A stretch of DNA of 64,000 nucleotides from Octopus sinensis (taxonomy: Eukaryota): positions 14,818,001 to 14,882,000 of the forward strand of contig NC_043021.1 of the NCBI RefSeq assembly GCF_006345805.1. Reading direction: 5' to 3'. Shown piece by piece: positions 38,349-51,204 of this stretch (its first letter is position 1; each line of letters starts with the position of its first letter). The notes under the pieces were generated by a model that was given only the letters and a program-made list of their open reading frames with translations, made no database searches and was not told the DNA's origin. Made by a program: the position numbers and the translations under genes.

Positions 38349-38719
38349 GATATATTTTTTTTGGCTTCAGTCATTAGATGGGGGCCATGCTTAGGGGTGC
38401 CATCTGGAAGGGTTTTAGTCATTCATATCAACTCCTGCTACTTATTTCAGCAACTTACATTCACCAGACTAAGTCATGTGACATAAGCACAGACAGGGTT
38501 TTTTTTTTTTTTCAAGTTGAGTCAGACATAAATATAAACATAGATACAGATACACAAACACACACACTCTCTCTCTCACTCCCTAAACATTACATTAGTA
38601 TTTCCATGTCACAATGCCATTAGTAGCAGGAACATCAATAAGTATTAACAACATACAGAATTAAGATAATACTCATATCTCCTCAATAATATCAATTTTA
38701 CGAAATTGTCTGCTATAAT

Positions 38720-39348
38720 TTAACCCTTTCGCTACTGTATTTATTTTGAGATGCTCTGTGTTTCTTTCAATTACTTTAAATATAACAAAGAACTAGCAGT
38801 ATCGCCCAGTGTTGCTCGGGTTTGTTTCGACCCTTTAGAATTGGAATTTTTGAAAAGTAAAAATTTTGCATTATGTAGCTTGTTATTCTCTTTAAGTGAA
38901 CATTTTTCTGGTTGAAATCCACCGAAAAATGACGACACAGCAGTCAAAAAAAATCATAAAAAATAGGGATTTTTATAAAAAAAAAAAAAGCACCTTTTTG
39001 ATGTAAATAATTTTTGGTGTTAACATGGTCCGATTTGAATTTTTTTTTCTACGGAAGGAAGAGCAAGCCTTCTTCTATCATACTCTCAATTTTGGTCAAC
39101 TTGCGCTGCAGGGTGTCGGAGGAGATAGTGTTAGTTGAATGCTACCAAACCTGCCATACACAAGCGACTTCAGCTTTATATATATAGATTGATTTAGTAA
39201 AATAACTTAGTTATCATTAAGCTAGTGTTAGGAACATAAATTGTAACTAAGGTTTGGTGGAAGATTTTAATTCAAAACTTATGAAAACAAGACATTTTTA
39301 CTACAGAGCCAGAGGTGGTTTCAGCCGGGTTGGTAACGAAAGGGTTAA
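38720..39348. mobile_element. piggyBac-like MITE with a nested Helentron-like element (38792-39189)
   Basis: TTAACCCTTTCG...CGAAAGGGTTAA ends; insert begins ACTAGCAGTATCGCCC and ends ttcagctttatatatatagat. Confidence 0.8.
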
Positions 39349-39591
39349 GTCTTTTTTCCTGTTTTATCCAATGTACTGTACATGTATTTTTGGCTGTCAT
39401 TGTTTGACCTTTTCCTACATTTCTGTTCCTGCTTTTACGCTTTACTGATGAGCTGTAGCACTTCTGAGCACTTTACACAATAAACTCATTGTTTTAAAGG
39501 TGATGAACTGACGGAATTATTATTAGTGCATTGGACAAAAATGTTTAGTGGCATATCTTCCGATTCTTTGCTGCCAACTGGGGAATTTTGC

Positions 39592-39841
39592 TCTCCTTTA
39601 CTCCTTTACTTGTTTCAGTCATTTGACTGCGGCCATGCTGGAGCACCGCCTTTAGTCGAGCAATTCGACCCCGGGACTTATTCTTTGTAAGCCCAGTGCT
39701 TATTCCATCGGTCTCTTTTTGCCGAACCGCTAAGTGACAGGGACATAAACACACCAGCATCAGTTGTCAAGCAATGCTAGGGAGACAAACACAGACACAC
39801 AAACACATACACACACACATACACACACACATATATATATA

Positions 39842-39879
<38 letters not shown>

Positions 39880-40037
39880 GACAGGCTTCTTTCAGTTTCC
39901 GTCTACCAAATCCACTCACAAGGCATTGGTCGGCTTGGGGCTATAGCAGAAGACACTTGCCCAAGATGCCACGCAGTGGGACTGAACCCGGAACCATGTG
40001 GTTGGTTAGCAAGCTACTTACCACACAGCCACTCCTG
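39592..40037 (-). mobile_element. SINE-B full length
   Basis: Matches the family. Confidence 0.9.
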
Positions 40038-40190
40038 CTATCGACAATTTTTTAGTAATTACCACCACATTAGCAAAAGCAGAGGTATTGTCTTCAGTTG
40101 TGTTTGTTTGTTTGTCCATGGATAAGATATCTCAAATACTGCTGGATGGATTCGGATGAAACTTTCAGAAATTGAAAGAAGCCCGTCGTG

Positions 40191-40225
<35 letters not shown>

Positions 40226-41919
40226 CCCACCATCACTTGACAACCAATGGTGGTGTGTCTACGTCCCCATAACTTAGCAGTTCAGCAAAAGAGACCAATA
40301 GAATAAGTACTTGGCTTACAAAGAATAAGTCCTGGGGATGATTTATTCGACTAAAGGCAGTGCTCCAGCATGGCCGTAGTCAAATGACTCAAAACGAAGA
40401 ATAAAGAATATATATATGTATTTTAGTATTTCGGTTAGACACTGCAAGACTACTAAGCTGGCGTAGAACTCAATACACGTATGTTTCAGAACAAAGTGAT
40501 AGATGAGTTTAGAACAGTAACAAGAAGAAGAGGTGACACAGGAGAAACAATGGTTATGTTATGAACAGCATTGGCTTACAGTTGTTTCTGCTACATTTGA
40601 GTGCCTGATAACATCCTATACTTCAATAGAAACCTCGAATATGAAATGCAATTTATGTGGCGGAGGGGGGGGGGGTTACATTTTTGGAATATACAGGGAA
40701 AACTTTACTAGTGAGAAAGTCATTGCTGAGGAATATGGAATAGTGTGTCCAAAAGGCAGTTAGATTGTATCTATATGTATGTATTTCGTTTTGGGATTTG
40801 GTTTGCAAGATTCTTTACATGAGTTCGTGTGATGAAGCATATCCTGTTGTGTCTGCGGAGAGCCATTCTCTTTTATTGCCTTATAATTTAACACACACAC
40901 ACACACCGGTAAAATTTCCACTTATTTCTTATTTTCATTTTCCTAAAATTTTCGTTGCGTTTTGCAACCTTCTCAATAGTTTTATATATATATATGAATA
41001 TACACGCACAATATATATATATATATATATTATATACACATATATCTCAAGTATATGAGTGTTATGGTTTCCATACACAAACTCTAAAGTGCCCATACTT
41101 AGTTCTGCTAAAGTGTAATGTCTGTGCTAATGTGATGTGTCTAAGTACTTAATTAAAACGATGTGCATTTAATTGCACTGTTACACACACACACATTCAC
41201 TCATTACTAATTTACTTGCTTTCACCAATGAACTGTGGCCATGCTGGGGTACTACCTTCAAGGGTTCATGCTGACCCCCGTGTTAATTTTAAGTCTGTCA
41301 CATTTTATGGGTTTCTATCTGTTGAACTTCTAGGTTGTGGGACTTAAGCATAAAATGGAGAAGGCGCATTGATACACATATGTAAGTGCATGCATGGCTG
41401 CTAGAAATAATAGCCAAATCTGTTAATCACAACCTAGCTTCTAGAACAGAACAGGAAGAACATCAGATAATGTAGTCCTAGATAACCTTACACATAGGAT
41501 AAATCAGGCTTGATTTGGAAGGCAGCTAAATCATAACTAAACTGAGCTTCTATAAACCTGCTAGAAATAGTAGCCATAACACCCTACCAACCACTTAACC
41601 AACAATTTGATAAGCAAATTAAGAAAGAGGCGTGGCTGTTTCCGGGTTCAGTCCCACTGCCTGGCACCTTGGGCAAACGTCTTCTGCTACAGCTTTGGAC
41701 TGACCAAAGCTTTGTGAGTGGCTTTGGTAAATGGAAACTGAAAGATGCCCATTGTATATATATAAATATATAAACACACACATGTCTTTGTGTCTGTGTT
41801 CGTCCCCCCACAACCATCACTGCTTGACAACTGATGTTGGTGTGTTTACATCCCCATAACCTAGCAGTTCAGCAAAAGAGACCAACAGAATAAGTACTAG
41901 GCTTAAAAAAAAAAATTTT

Positions 41920-42162
41920 AATCTCAGAGTCAATTTCATCATCATCATTTAACGTCCGCTTTCCATGCTAGTATGGGTTGGACGATTTTGACTGAGGGCT
42001 GGCGAACCAGATGGCTGCACCAGGCTCCAATCTTGATTTGGCAGAGATTGGAGCCTGGTGCAGCCATCTGGTTCGCCAGGCCTCAGTCAAAATCGTCCAA
42101 CCCATGCTAGCATGGAAAGCGGACGTTAAACGGATGATGATGATGAAATTGACCCTGAGATT
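41920..42162. repeat. Fold-back palindrome of a SINE-C tail (~114-bp arms, 11-nt loop)
   Basis: 41920-42033 is the reverse complement of 42045-42162 with ~3 mismatches and one small indel. Confidence 0.95.
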
Positions 42163-43680
42163 TTAGGGTTTTTTTACCCTTCAAAGGCAGTGCTCCAGCT
42201 TGACTGAAACAAATAAAAGAACAAAAAGAATAAAATGAAAAAAAAAAATCAACGACATAAAGAACCCTAATTCGACAAGGGTTTACATTTAAAGATTCCA
42301 GGAAACATTAAATGCCAATCAGTGTTTCCTGCTCTGCCATGGAGACACAGAACCATTTCCTGCTTGGAGCAAATTTCAAAGTTATTTCGAACAATAGCGT
42401 AGAGAAGGAAGACATGATCTTATCAACCACCGTCGACACCATCGCTACTAGCATTACTGTTGCTACTACTGCTGCTACTACTACAATACTACTTATCGGT
42501 ACTGTTACTATTCCTACTACCATCAACACTTTAACAAACCCACCGTCACTACTACCACAACTACTGTTACCATTTATCGGTACTATTGCTGTTCCTACTA
42601 CCACCACCACCATCGCTAACCATTGCTTACACCACTGCCATTGTTCAAGTACAGCATTATCATCATGACCACATCCACCTTGGCCACCACTGCCCAACCA
42701 ACACTGCTCAATAACAATACTACCACCACCACCACCACTACAACCATCAACAACAAGAAGAACAAAATGACTGCCGTTGCTCGGTTACAACACTACCATT
42801 ATCATCATCATCATCATCACCACCATTCCTCATTTCCACCATCACCATTGCACAGTCACAACATTTACCATTATCACCACCACCACTACCATCATCATGA
42901 AAGTGTGTAGTTTAGTGGTTAGGATGCTGCATTCATGATTGCCAGATCGTAGGTTCGAATCCCGGACTGGGCAGCATGTGTTCTTGAGCAAAACACTTCA
43001 TTTCACGATGCTCGCGTGCTGTGTAAAGGACCATCATGGTAAAGAATGGACCCTGATATTTCCTGTGTTATGAAGAGCAACTAAAAGAGTTTGAAGTAGG
43101 ATTTGTACTCAGACTGTGTAAAAACCTTCACCAGCAACAGCTACCCAAAACAGACCCATGGATTGGAAGGTTATCTCTTGAGTGGTACAGAGACATCATC
43201 TAACAGGAGTTGAAGGGAATCACCAAGAAATTGTGGATGCAGCAATGCACTCTTACAGTGCATTCCCTCATACAACTGGCTCTGTTGCTAGTGTGTGTGT
43301 GTGTGTGTGTAAAGCACCCGGTGCATTCAGTAGGGTGGTTGGTGTTAGGAAGGGCATCCAGATGCAAGAACTATGCCAAAACAGACATTAGCTTGGTGTA
43401 GTCTTCTACTTGGCCGGCTCCTGCCAAACTGTCCAACTCCTGCCAGCATGGAAGGCAGACATTAAATGATGCCGACAATGATGATGATGATATATATATA
43501 TATCATCATCATCATTGTTTAGCGTCCGCTTTCCATGCTAGCATGGGTTGGACGGTTCAACTGGGGTCTGGGAAGCCAGAAGGCTGCACCAGGCCCAGTC
43601 TGATCTGGCAATGTTTCTACAGCTGGATGCCCTTCCTAATGCCAACCACTCCGTGAGTGTGGTGGGTGCTGAGAGAGAGA

Positions 43681-44020
43681 GAAGGCACATGGCTCAGTGG
43701 TTAGCGCACTGAGCTCTCAATCATGAGGTAGTGAGTTCAATTCCCAGACCAGGCTGTATGTTGTTTTCTTGAGCAAGACACTTTATTTCAGGCTGTTCCA
43801 CTTCACTCAGCTGTAGAAATGAGTTGTGACGTCACTGGTGCCAAGCTGTATCGGCCTTTGCCTTTCCCTTGGATAACATCGGTGGCGTGGAGAGGGGGAT
43901 GCTGGTATGCATGGGCGACTGCTGGTCTTCCATAAACAACCTTGCCCAGACTTGTGCTTCAGAGGGTAACTTTTGAGGTGCAATCCTATGGTATTTCATG
44001 ACCGAAAGGATCTTTACCCT
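43681..44020 (+). mobile_element. tRNA-derived SINE family D (CORE-like centre)
   Basis: A box TGGCTCAGTGG, B box GAGTTCAATTCC, ttcttgagcaagacactttatttc; copy at 61773. Confidence 0.85.
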
Positions 44021-44056
44021 TTATATGTGTGTGTGTGTGTGCATGTAAGTGTGTGT

Positions 44057-44360
44057 GTGGAGGCACATGTCCTAATGGTTAGAGCAGCCGACTCGTAGTC
44101 GGGAAATCGCAGTTTCGAATCTCAGACTGGGCGATGTGTGTGTTTATGAGCGAAACACCTAAGCTCCACACGGCTCCGGCAGAAGATAATTGCGAACTTC
44201 TGCTGACTCCTTCGCCACAACTTTCTCTCACTCTTTCCTCCTGCATCTTGCAGCTCACCTGCGACAGGCCAGTGTCCCGTCCAGGTGGGGAAGCTATACG
44301 CCACGGAAACCAGGAAAACGGCCCTTATGAGCCAGGCATGGCTCGAGAAGGAACAAACAA
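44057..44360 (+). mobile_element. Second copy of the 32486 SINE
   Basis: High similarity to 32486-32788; TSD catgtaagtgtgt (44042-44054, 44361-44373). Confidence 0.9.
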
Positions 44361-44699
44361 CATGTAAGTGTGTATGTGTGTATATATATCACCCTTGCTA
44401 GCATGGAAGGCAGACGTTAAATGATGATGATGATGATATATATATATGCCTGTGTGGTGTGTGGGACTGGCATGTCAAAGAATGGACCCAACGTCTCCTT
44501 GTGTTCTAAAAGGCAACTAAAAGAGTTTGAGGTAGGATTTGCACTCCAATCTTATAAAACCCTCATCAACAATGACTACCCAAAACAGACCCATAGGTTG
44601 GAGTGTTGTCACCCGAGTACTGGAAAAGTGTTGTCTGCCAGGAGTAGGGAACCACCAACAAATGGTGGATGCAGGGACACGTTATTACAGTGCAAGTTC

Positions 44700-45640
44700 C
44701 CGTACTACTATTACTACTATCACCACCATTTCTAAGACACAAAACCACCACCACCATCACTATTATTGTTCAATACCAACAACCATCATCACCACCACTA
44801 ACACCAACAGCACCACCAATGCATAGTTGCAACACTACCACCCCTGCCAGTCCTCAGCGACAATACCACCACCACAGCTATCACCAATACTCAGTTTCAA
44901 TCCAACCACTACTACTCTCACCACTACTACTGCTACCACCACTGCTCAGTACACCACCACTAGTTATACTATGACCATTGCTGTTAAAACACCTTTGCTA
45001 CTACCACCACCACCACCACCACCTCAGCTCAATTACAACAGCACCACTATCGCCACCACTTTCAGTACGACCATTGTTACTCAGTTACAACACTAGCACC
45101 ACAACCACCACCACCACATAACTGCAACACTAGCACCAACACCAATCAGTACCACTGCTGTAACTACTTCCACCAATACTAGCATCATTAACCAGCGTCG
45201 TCATCATCATCATCATTAATAACTGATGCTGCAACCCACCACTCAGCAGTTCTCATCGTCATCTCTACCCCACCATCACTACCACCACTGCCACCTCAAT
45301 CACCACCACAGTCCTTGCTTTGCAGTATCCATGTTACAGCTCTACCAACACCACCACCACCAGGATTACTATTATATCTAGAGTACCGACACCGCTACCA
45401 TCACCACCATCAATACCAGAGTCCTTACTTTGCAGTATCACAGTTATATTTATACCAACTGCAGCACCACCATCGCCACCACCATGCTCACTGCATCATT
45501 ATTACATCTATACCCAACAGTAGTAGCTTTCCCACCACCACCACCACCACTACCACCTCGTGCATTAATCTGCAGCATCAGTCACACCTACTCCGCCACC
45601 ATCATCGCTATCACCACCACAGTTATTACTCTGCAACAGG
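44700..45640. repeat. Cryptic (ACC/ACT/CAT) simple-repeat field
   Basis: Direct inspection. Confidence 0.85.
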
Positions 45641-45810
45641 AGTCTGTTACGTGGTTGCTTGACATGCTAGAAATAAGAGTCAAATCTCCCTCGAATCGAA
45701 CACCGACAGGAAAGAAACTATGGGTATATATACCGCGTAATAAATAGTCCGAGATACACCGAACAGCAAATAAAAACGAAAAACAAACAGGAAAAAAAAA
45801 CCGAATATAT

Positions 45811-45893
45811 CAGGTGTGATGGCCAAGGATGGAATGTATTTGATCACAGGTGTGATGGCCAAGGATGGAATGTATTTGATCACAGGTGTGATG
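45811..45893. repeat. 36-bp tandem repeat (2.3 copies)
   Basis: caggtgtgatggccaaggatggaatgtatttgatca at 45811 and 45847, partial at 45883. Confidence 0.95.
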
Positions 45894-46431
45894 ATCAATG
45901 ATGGCTAACAGCAACAACATCAATCACCATCATCATCCTTCCTACCTGCTTACCTCTACAATGACTGTTGTTAACTTGTCATCATTGGTAAATTTGCTGC
46001 TATTAGTTGTGAAGTAAGCAGTGCTTAGAGAAGAGAAGTCAGTTATTTTTAAGTACAGACATGACTAGCTATAGTGTGTGTGTATGTGTGTGTCTAGGTA
46101 TATATACATTTGCATGTGTGATATTGAATGAATGACAAAGGAAGCGAAAATTATGCAATGAACTTTGTGGGTGTCACACTCAGGATCTGTGAACAGAATT
46201 TCCTGCTCTTTTCTCTTTGATTCAATTACGTATTTATGTTCAGCACATGCCTAACGCTTCTCTCTGAAACATACCCGTGTTCAGTTTCCAACACCAGGTT
46301 ATTTAGTATCACCATGCTTAAGTAGAATATTCGTAAACACACACATACACACACACACACGATATATGTGCGAGTACACACACACACAATATATGTGAGT
46401 ATACAAAAACACATATACACATGCAAACAGG

Positions 46432-46472
<41 letters not shown>

Positions 46473-46689
46473 TCATTATCATCCTTTCACGTCGGTTTTC
46501 CATGCTGGCATGGGTTACATCCCTATAACTTTGTGGTTCAGCAAAAAGAGACCGATAGAATAAGTACTAGGCTTACAAAAGAATAAGTCCTGGGGTCAAT
46601 GTGCTCAACTAATAGCGGTGCTCCAGCATGATCGCAGTCAAATGACTGAAACAAAAGAATAAAAGAATATATACTTATATAAATAATAA

Positions 46690-46936
46690 AGAAATTATTT
46701 ACATTATTTACATTTGATGGATATTTGTCCTCATCTTGTTTGTTGTTAACACGTTTCGGCTGATATACCCTCCAGCCTTCATCAGGTGTCTTGGGGAAAT
46801 TTCAAACCTGGGTTCTCATTCCTAAGGTATTTTTCGATATTATTATTATTATTATTATTATTCAGGTCACTGCCTGGAATCGAACTCGGAATCTTGGGGT
46901 TAGTAGCCCATGCTCTTAACCACTACGCCATATGCC
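46690..46936 (-). mobile_element. tRNA-derived SINE-like element with a hammerhead-containing 3' half
   Basis: A box TGGCGTAGTGG (46920-46930), B box GAGTTCGATTCC (46876-46887), (AAT)n linker, hammerhead core, tgtaaataa tandem tail. Confidence 0.75.
46748..46790 (-). ncRNA. Hammerhead ribozyme-like motif (cleavage triplet apparently missing in this copy)
   Basis: gacac-CTGATGA-a-GGCTG gagggtatat CAGCC-GAAAC-gtgtt; stem I gacac/gtgtt abuts GAAAC. Confidence 0.5.
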
Positions 46937-47211
46937 TGTGGGCATGTTTCCTTCTCAAGCCATGCCAGGCTCATGAGGGCCATTTTCCTGGCTTCAGTGG
47001 CATATATGTTCCCCACCTGGATGGGACGTTTGACCGACCAGGATTAATCATTTTTGCCAGCTGAGTGAACTGGAACAATGTGAAATGAAGTGCTTTGCTC
47101 AAGAACACAATGCGTCACCTAGTCCAGGAATTGAAATCACAATCTTACGATCATGAACCCAACACTCTAACCACTAAGCCACATGTGTGTGTATGTATGT
47201 ATATATATATA

Positions 47212-47417
47212 TTTATTGGCCACAGGGGCTAAACACAGAGGGGACAAACAAAGGGATTAAGTCGATTACATCGACCCCAGCATGTAACTGGTACTTATTT
47301 AATCAAACCCCCAAAAGGATGAAAGACAAAGTCGACCTCAGTGGAATTTGAACTCAGAATGTAGCGGCAGACGAAATACCGCTAAGCATTTCGCCCGCGT
47401 GCTAACGATTCTGCCAT
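47212..47417 (-). mobile_element. SINE-A copy
   Basis: Matches the family. Confidence 0.85.
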
Positions 47418-48070
47418 GCATACATGTATGTATGTATGTATATGCATGTACACCTGTGTATGTGTATATATGTATGTAAAATGCACAAGAGAAATAACCT
47501 TTCCAGTTTTTCTCCCATGAACCTCTTCTGTAAAAATATGTAAGCTCTCCACCCACGCCACTCCCACTACAGAAAGAAAACTGTCAGAGTGTAACATGTC
47601 ACATAATAGTGTAATATATATTAAATAACAGAATAGACAGCTGTCTAATTATTAATCATCATCATAATAATAATGTTAATAATAATAACAATAATAATAA
47701 TAATAATGTTATAACAAGCTTGACATAGCTCTCTATGACAAAAATGACAATTGCAGGCTAATTATCACCATGGCAACGCTGAAAGACTATAACATTTTGC
47801 AGTAATGAGCTGAAAAGCTGAGAAAACACGCTGACATTATTGCAGTTAAGGTAGGTGTGTGTGTGTGTGCGAGCGTGTATCTACCATTGAATTTGTGTGT
47901 ATGTGTGTGTATATCATTAGATTTGTATTTAGCATAACTGGAGTGTGACACAACCATTCTTGTAAAGACATGGACAAATTACCTCTGAGGATGGACATGG
48001 GCACATTCAAGAAAACAACAATACACCTTTCCTCATTTATCATGGGTGTCTGTTTCCAAAATACACAATG

Positions 48071-48300
48071 TTAACCCTTTAGCATTCAGATTACTTTGTC
48101 AAATGTAATGCTTATTTATTCACATTCCTCTTGAATTAGTCATGCATTATCTCATAGCTTTGAGATTCCAATGATGTGATTATATATTTGGAGAACGACA
48201 TTGTAAAGAAAGGTGTACGAAGTCAGATCTGGTCAGTTAGAACATAAAACAAGTTAAATATTTCGGCCAGATATGGTCAGTTTAAATGCTAAAGGGTTAA
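48071..48300. mobile_element. piggyBac-like MITE
   Basis: Perfect 16-bp TTAACCCTTTAGCATT / AATGCTAAAGGGTTAA; sister copy at 52047-52275. Confidence 0.85.
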
Positions 48301-48989
48301 CAGGTATCAGTGATAAACAAATAATAGAATATATGGGGAAAATATGTTTCATTTCAAAACCCCTAATTGTGGATGTGTGACAAGGGTGCACCTTTGTGGT
48401 CAAAACAGAATCTTTGACCACAGACCCGCATTATTGCAGATCAATTCATGACAAGCCCAACACAGTTCACAGGTAGCAAGACGTTATCCCAGAGCAGTGA
48501 TCAACGAAGATAGAAGTACTTGGGTTCATAAGCTTGGGAGGGCATTTTCACATGGCATTTGTTAACCCTTAAAATATTTTTGACAACCCTGATCATAATT
48601 GTAAACCCTGAATGGTAAATTAGAAGAGTTAAGGCATTAGAGAGAATATTTTGTGGTGCTATTTCTGGTTCTCTGTGTCCTGTGTTCAAATCTTACTGAA
48701 ATCAAGTTGGCAGTTCATCCTTCCAGGGTCAATAAAAAGGTACCAATCCGGGGCCATGTTTGGCAGGACTGTTAGAGGGATCAAGCAAGATGCCTTGTGG
48801 TATTTGTTCAGGCTTTCTAAGCTCAGATAGCAATGCTTGTGATGAAAGTGATGCTAGGCTGTATCACCCACAAGGTCATGTCCTTTTTCTTGGATAAACC
48901 AGTTGTAAAGCAGTCGTAGGAGGCCAAACATACACAAAGACAGAGATACACACAAACACACATACAGATACGCATATGACAGGCTTCTT

Positions 48990-49437
48990 CCTAGTATAGG
49001 CACAAAGCCTGAAGGTTGTTGGGAGGGAGCTAACCAATCACATCAACCCAGTACTCAACTGGTACTTATTTTATCAACCCTGAAAGGATAAAAGGCAGAG
49101 TTGACCGTGGCAGAATTTGAACTCAGAACGTGAAAACGGACGAAATACCGCTAAGCATTTTGCCCAGCATGCTAATGATTCTGCCAGCTTGCCCCCTTCT
49201 AATGATAATAATAATAATAATAATCCTTTCTACTAAAGGTGCAAGGCCTGAAATTTTGGGGGAGGGGACTAGTCGATTACATCGACCCCAGTGTTTCACT
49301 GGTACTTAATTTATCAACTCCAAAAGGATGAAAGGAAAATTCAACCTTGGTGGAATTTGAACTTAGAATGTAAAGACAGACAAAATGCCGCTAAGCATTT
49401 TGCCTGGCGTGCTAACAACTCTGCCATCTCCCCACCC
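48990..49437 (-). mobile_element. Two SINE-A variant copies separated by (AAT)n
   Basis: Same arrangement as 13007-13455. Confidence 0.8.
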
Positions 49438-50236
49438 AATAATAGTAATAACAATAATAATAATAATAATAATAAGCAGCATTTAAACATCCCCGGCTGG
49501 TGAAGGAGTTGTGAGATGTATCCATGCCGATATGGATTGTAACTCAATACCCAAATCTCAGCACCATGTAGCTTTCTTGTTTTGCTTTGTTTTGTTTTGT
49601 ATTTTTACAAACGGTTTACACATGTTTCATACAATCTGCCCTTTTTTTTTTTTTTTTGCAGAGCCGGGGGGGGGGGCGAGGGGGGGGTATGTGTGGTTCA
49701 CTTGAACAGAGAAGCCCTTTGTTCTGCTGGCGCGTGTTGCTGACAGAGGGTAACAGATTCTTGAATTTCTTCTTCCCTCACCACACACACACACACACAC
49801 ACACAAGCCCCACTCCTCCACACTCACAAACTCTAATCAACTTCTGTGACCTGGCACCTCTCAGCTGATTGCTGTTGTTGTCATTGTTGCTGTGTTCCTT
49901 TTTTTTCCATTGTTGTTCAGTCCCTAGTCAGCTCTTATCAAGTAGACCTATGAACGAAAATATTCCAACCATGACCATCACTACAGTTTGCTTTTTTTTT
50001 TTTTTTCCACTTCAAAAATAGATTATGTAACGAGACAGGTTAACATCTTTTTTTAAGATGACGGGGCTTTCACTTCTGATGGATACCATATTGCTCAGCA
50101 TCAAGGGCACTCCAACCTCAAACACACCTATTTTGAGATGAAAATTACGGGGGGGGGGGGGGGGTGATACCCAACCATAAATTCAAGGTCTAGGTACATT
50201 CACAAACAGAATTTGATGGTATATAAGACATACTGC

Positions 50237-50495
50237 AGTAAAGATTGTTTGCCAACATAACATGGCAGTTTCTGGTTTAGGACGAATGTTGCTGTAATTT
50301 AGCCCCAGGAGACATCGTCTCCAGCTGGCTAAATGACACAATCTGTGTCCTTATATTTACGAAAAAAAAATTTTTTAAATAGGGACACAGATTGTGTCGT
50401 ATAGCCAGCTGGAGATGATGTCTCCTGAGGCTAAATTACAGCAACATTCGTCCTAAACCAGGACTGCCATGTTATATTGGCAAACAATCTTTACT
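50237..50495. repeat. Fold-back palindrome (~117-bp arms) related to the 5321 element
   Basis: Arms 50237-50354 / 50379-50495 with about 7 differences; shares gccccagga...ctccagctggcta...gacac...tctgtgtcct with 5384-5432. Confidence 0.9.
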
Positions 50496-51204
50496 ACGAG
50501 GTACTGTTGCTGAATATCTCATATTGTGAGATTTAAAAGTAGTAATTTTTTTATAAGACATATTGTTTTTCAAAAAAACTTTAAAAACTAAAAAAAATTT
50601 TAAAAAAAGGAAGAAATCACCCCAAGCTGGCGGATCCATTAGTGCGTCAGACAAAATGCTTCATGCCATCTGGTTCTTTATGTTCTGAGTTCAAATACTG
50701 CTGAGGTCAGCTTTATACTTGATCATTTCAGGGTCAATAAAGTACCATCAAATTGCATGGCTTCGGACACTTTTATAGGTGCAAGCATGACTGTGTGGTA
50801 AAAAGCTTGCTTCCCAACCACATGGTTCCAGGTTCAGTCCCATTGTATGGCATCTTAAGCAAGTGTCTTCTACTATAACCTCAGGCCTGTGGGTTTGATA
50901 GGAAACTGAAAGAAGCCCATCATGCATGTGTGTATGTATGTATATATGTACGTATGTATGTACGTATGTACGTGAGTATTTTTGTGCCCATATTTACCCC
51001 ACCACCACCACCACCCCACTGCTTGACAACCGGTGTTGGTTTGTTCAGATCCCTCTAACTTAGTGGTTCAGCAAAAAGAAACCGATGAAATAAATACCAG
51101 TCTTAAAAAAAAAACAAGCAGTGGGGTCAATTCTTCAAGGAAGTGCCCCAGCATGGCCACAGTCTAATGACTGAAACAGATAAAAGATAAAAAAATATAT
51201 GGTG

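Noticed and set aside
39445-39470. CTGATGA-GCTGTAGC hammerhead start
   Set aside because: No GAAA follows the hairpin
40941-40980. Fourth hammerhead (GTTGC/GCAAC stem then GAAA, minus strand)
   Set aside because: Core is TTGAGAAG rather than CUGANGA and no stem I forms; at most a relic
45811-45893. 36-bp CRISPR-length repeat
   Set aside because: Copies are contiguous with no spacers; simple tandem duplication
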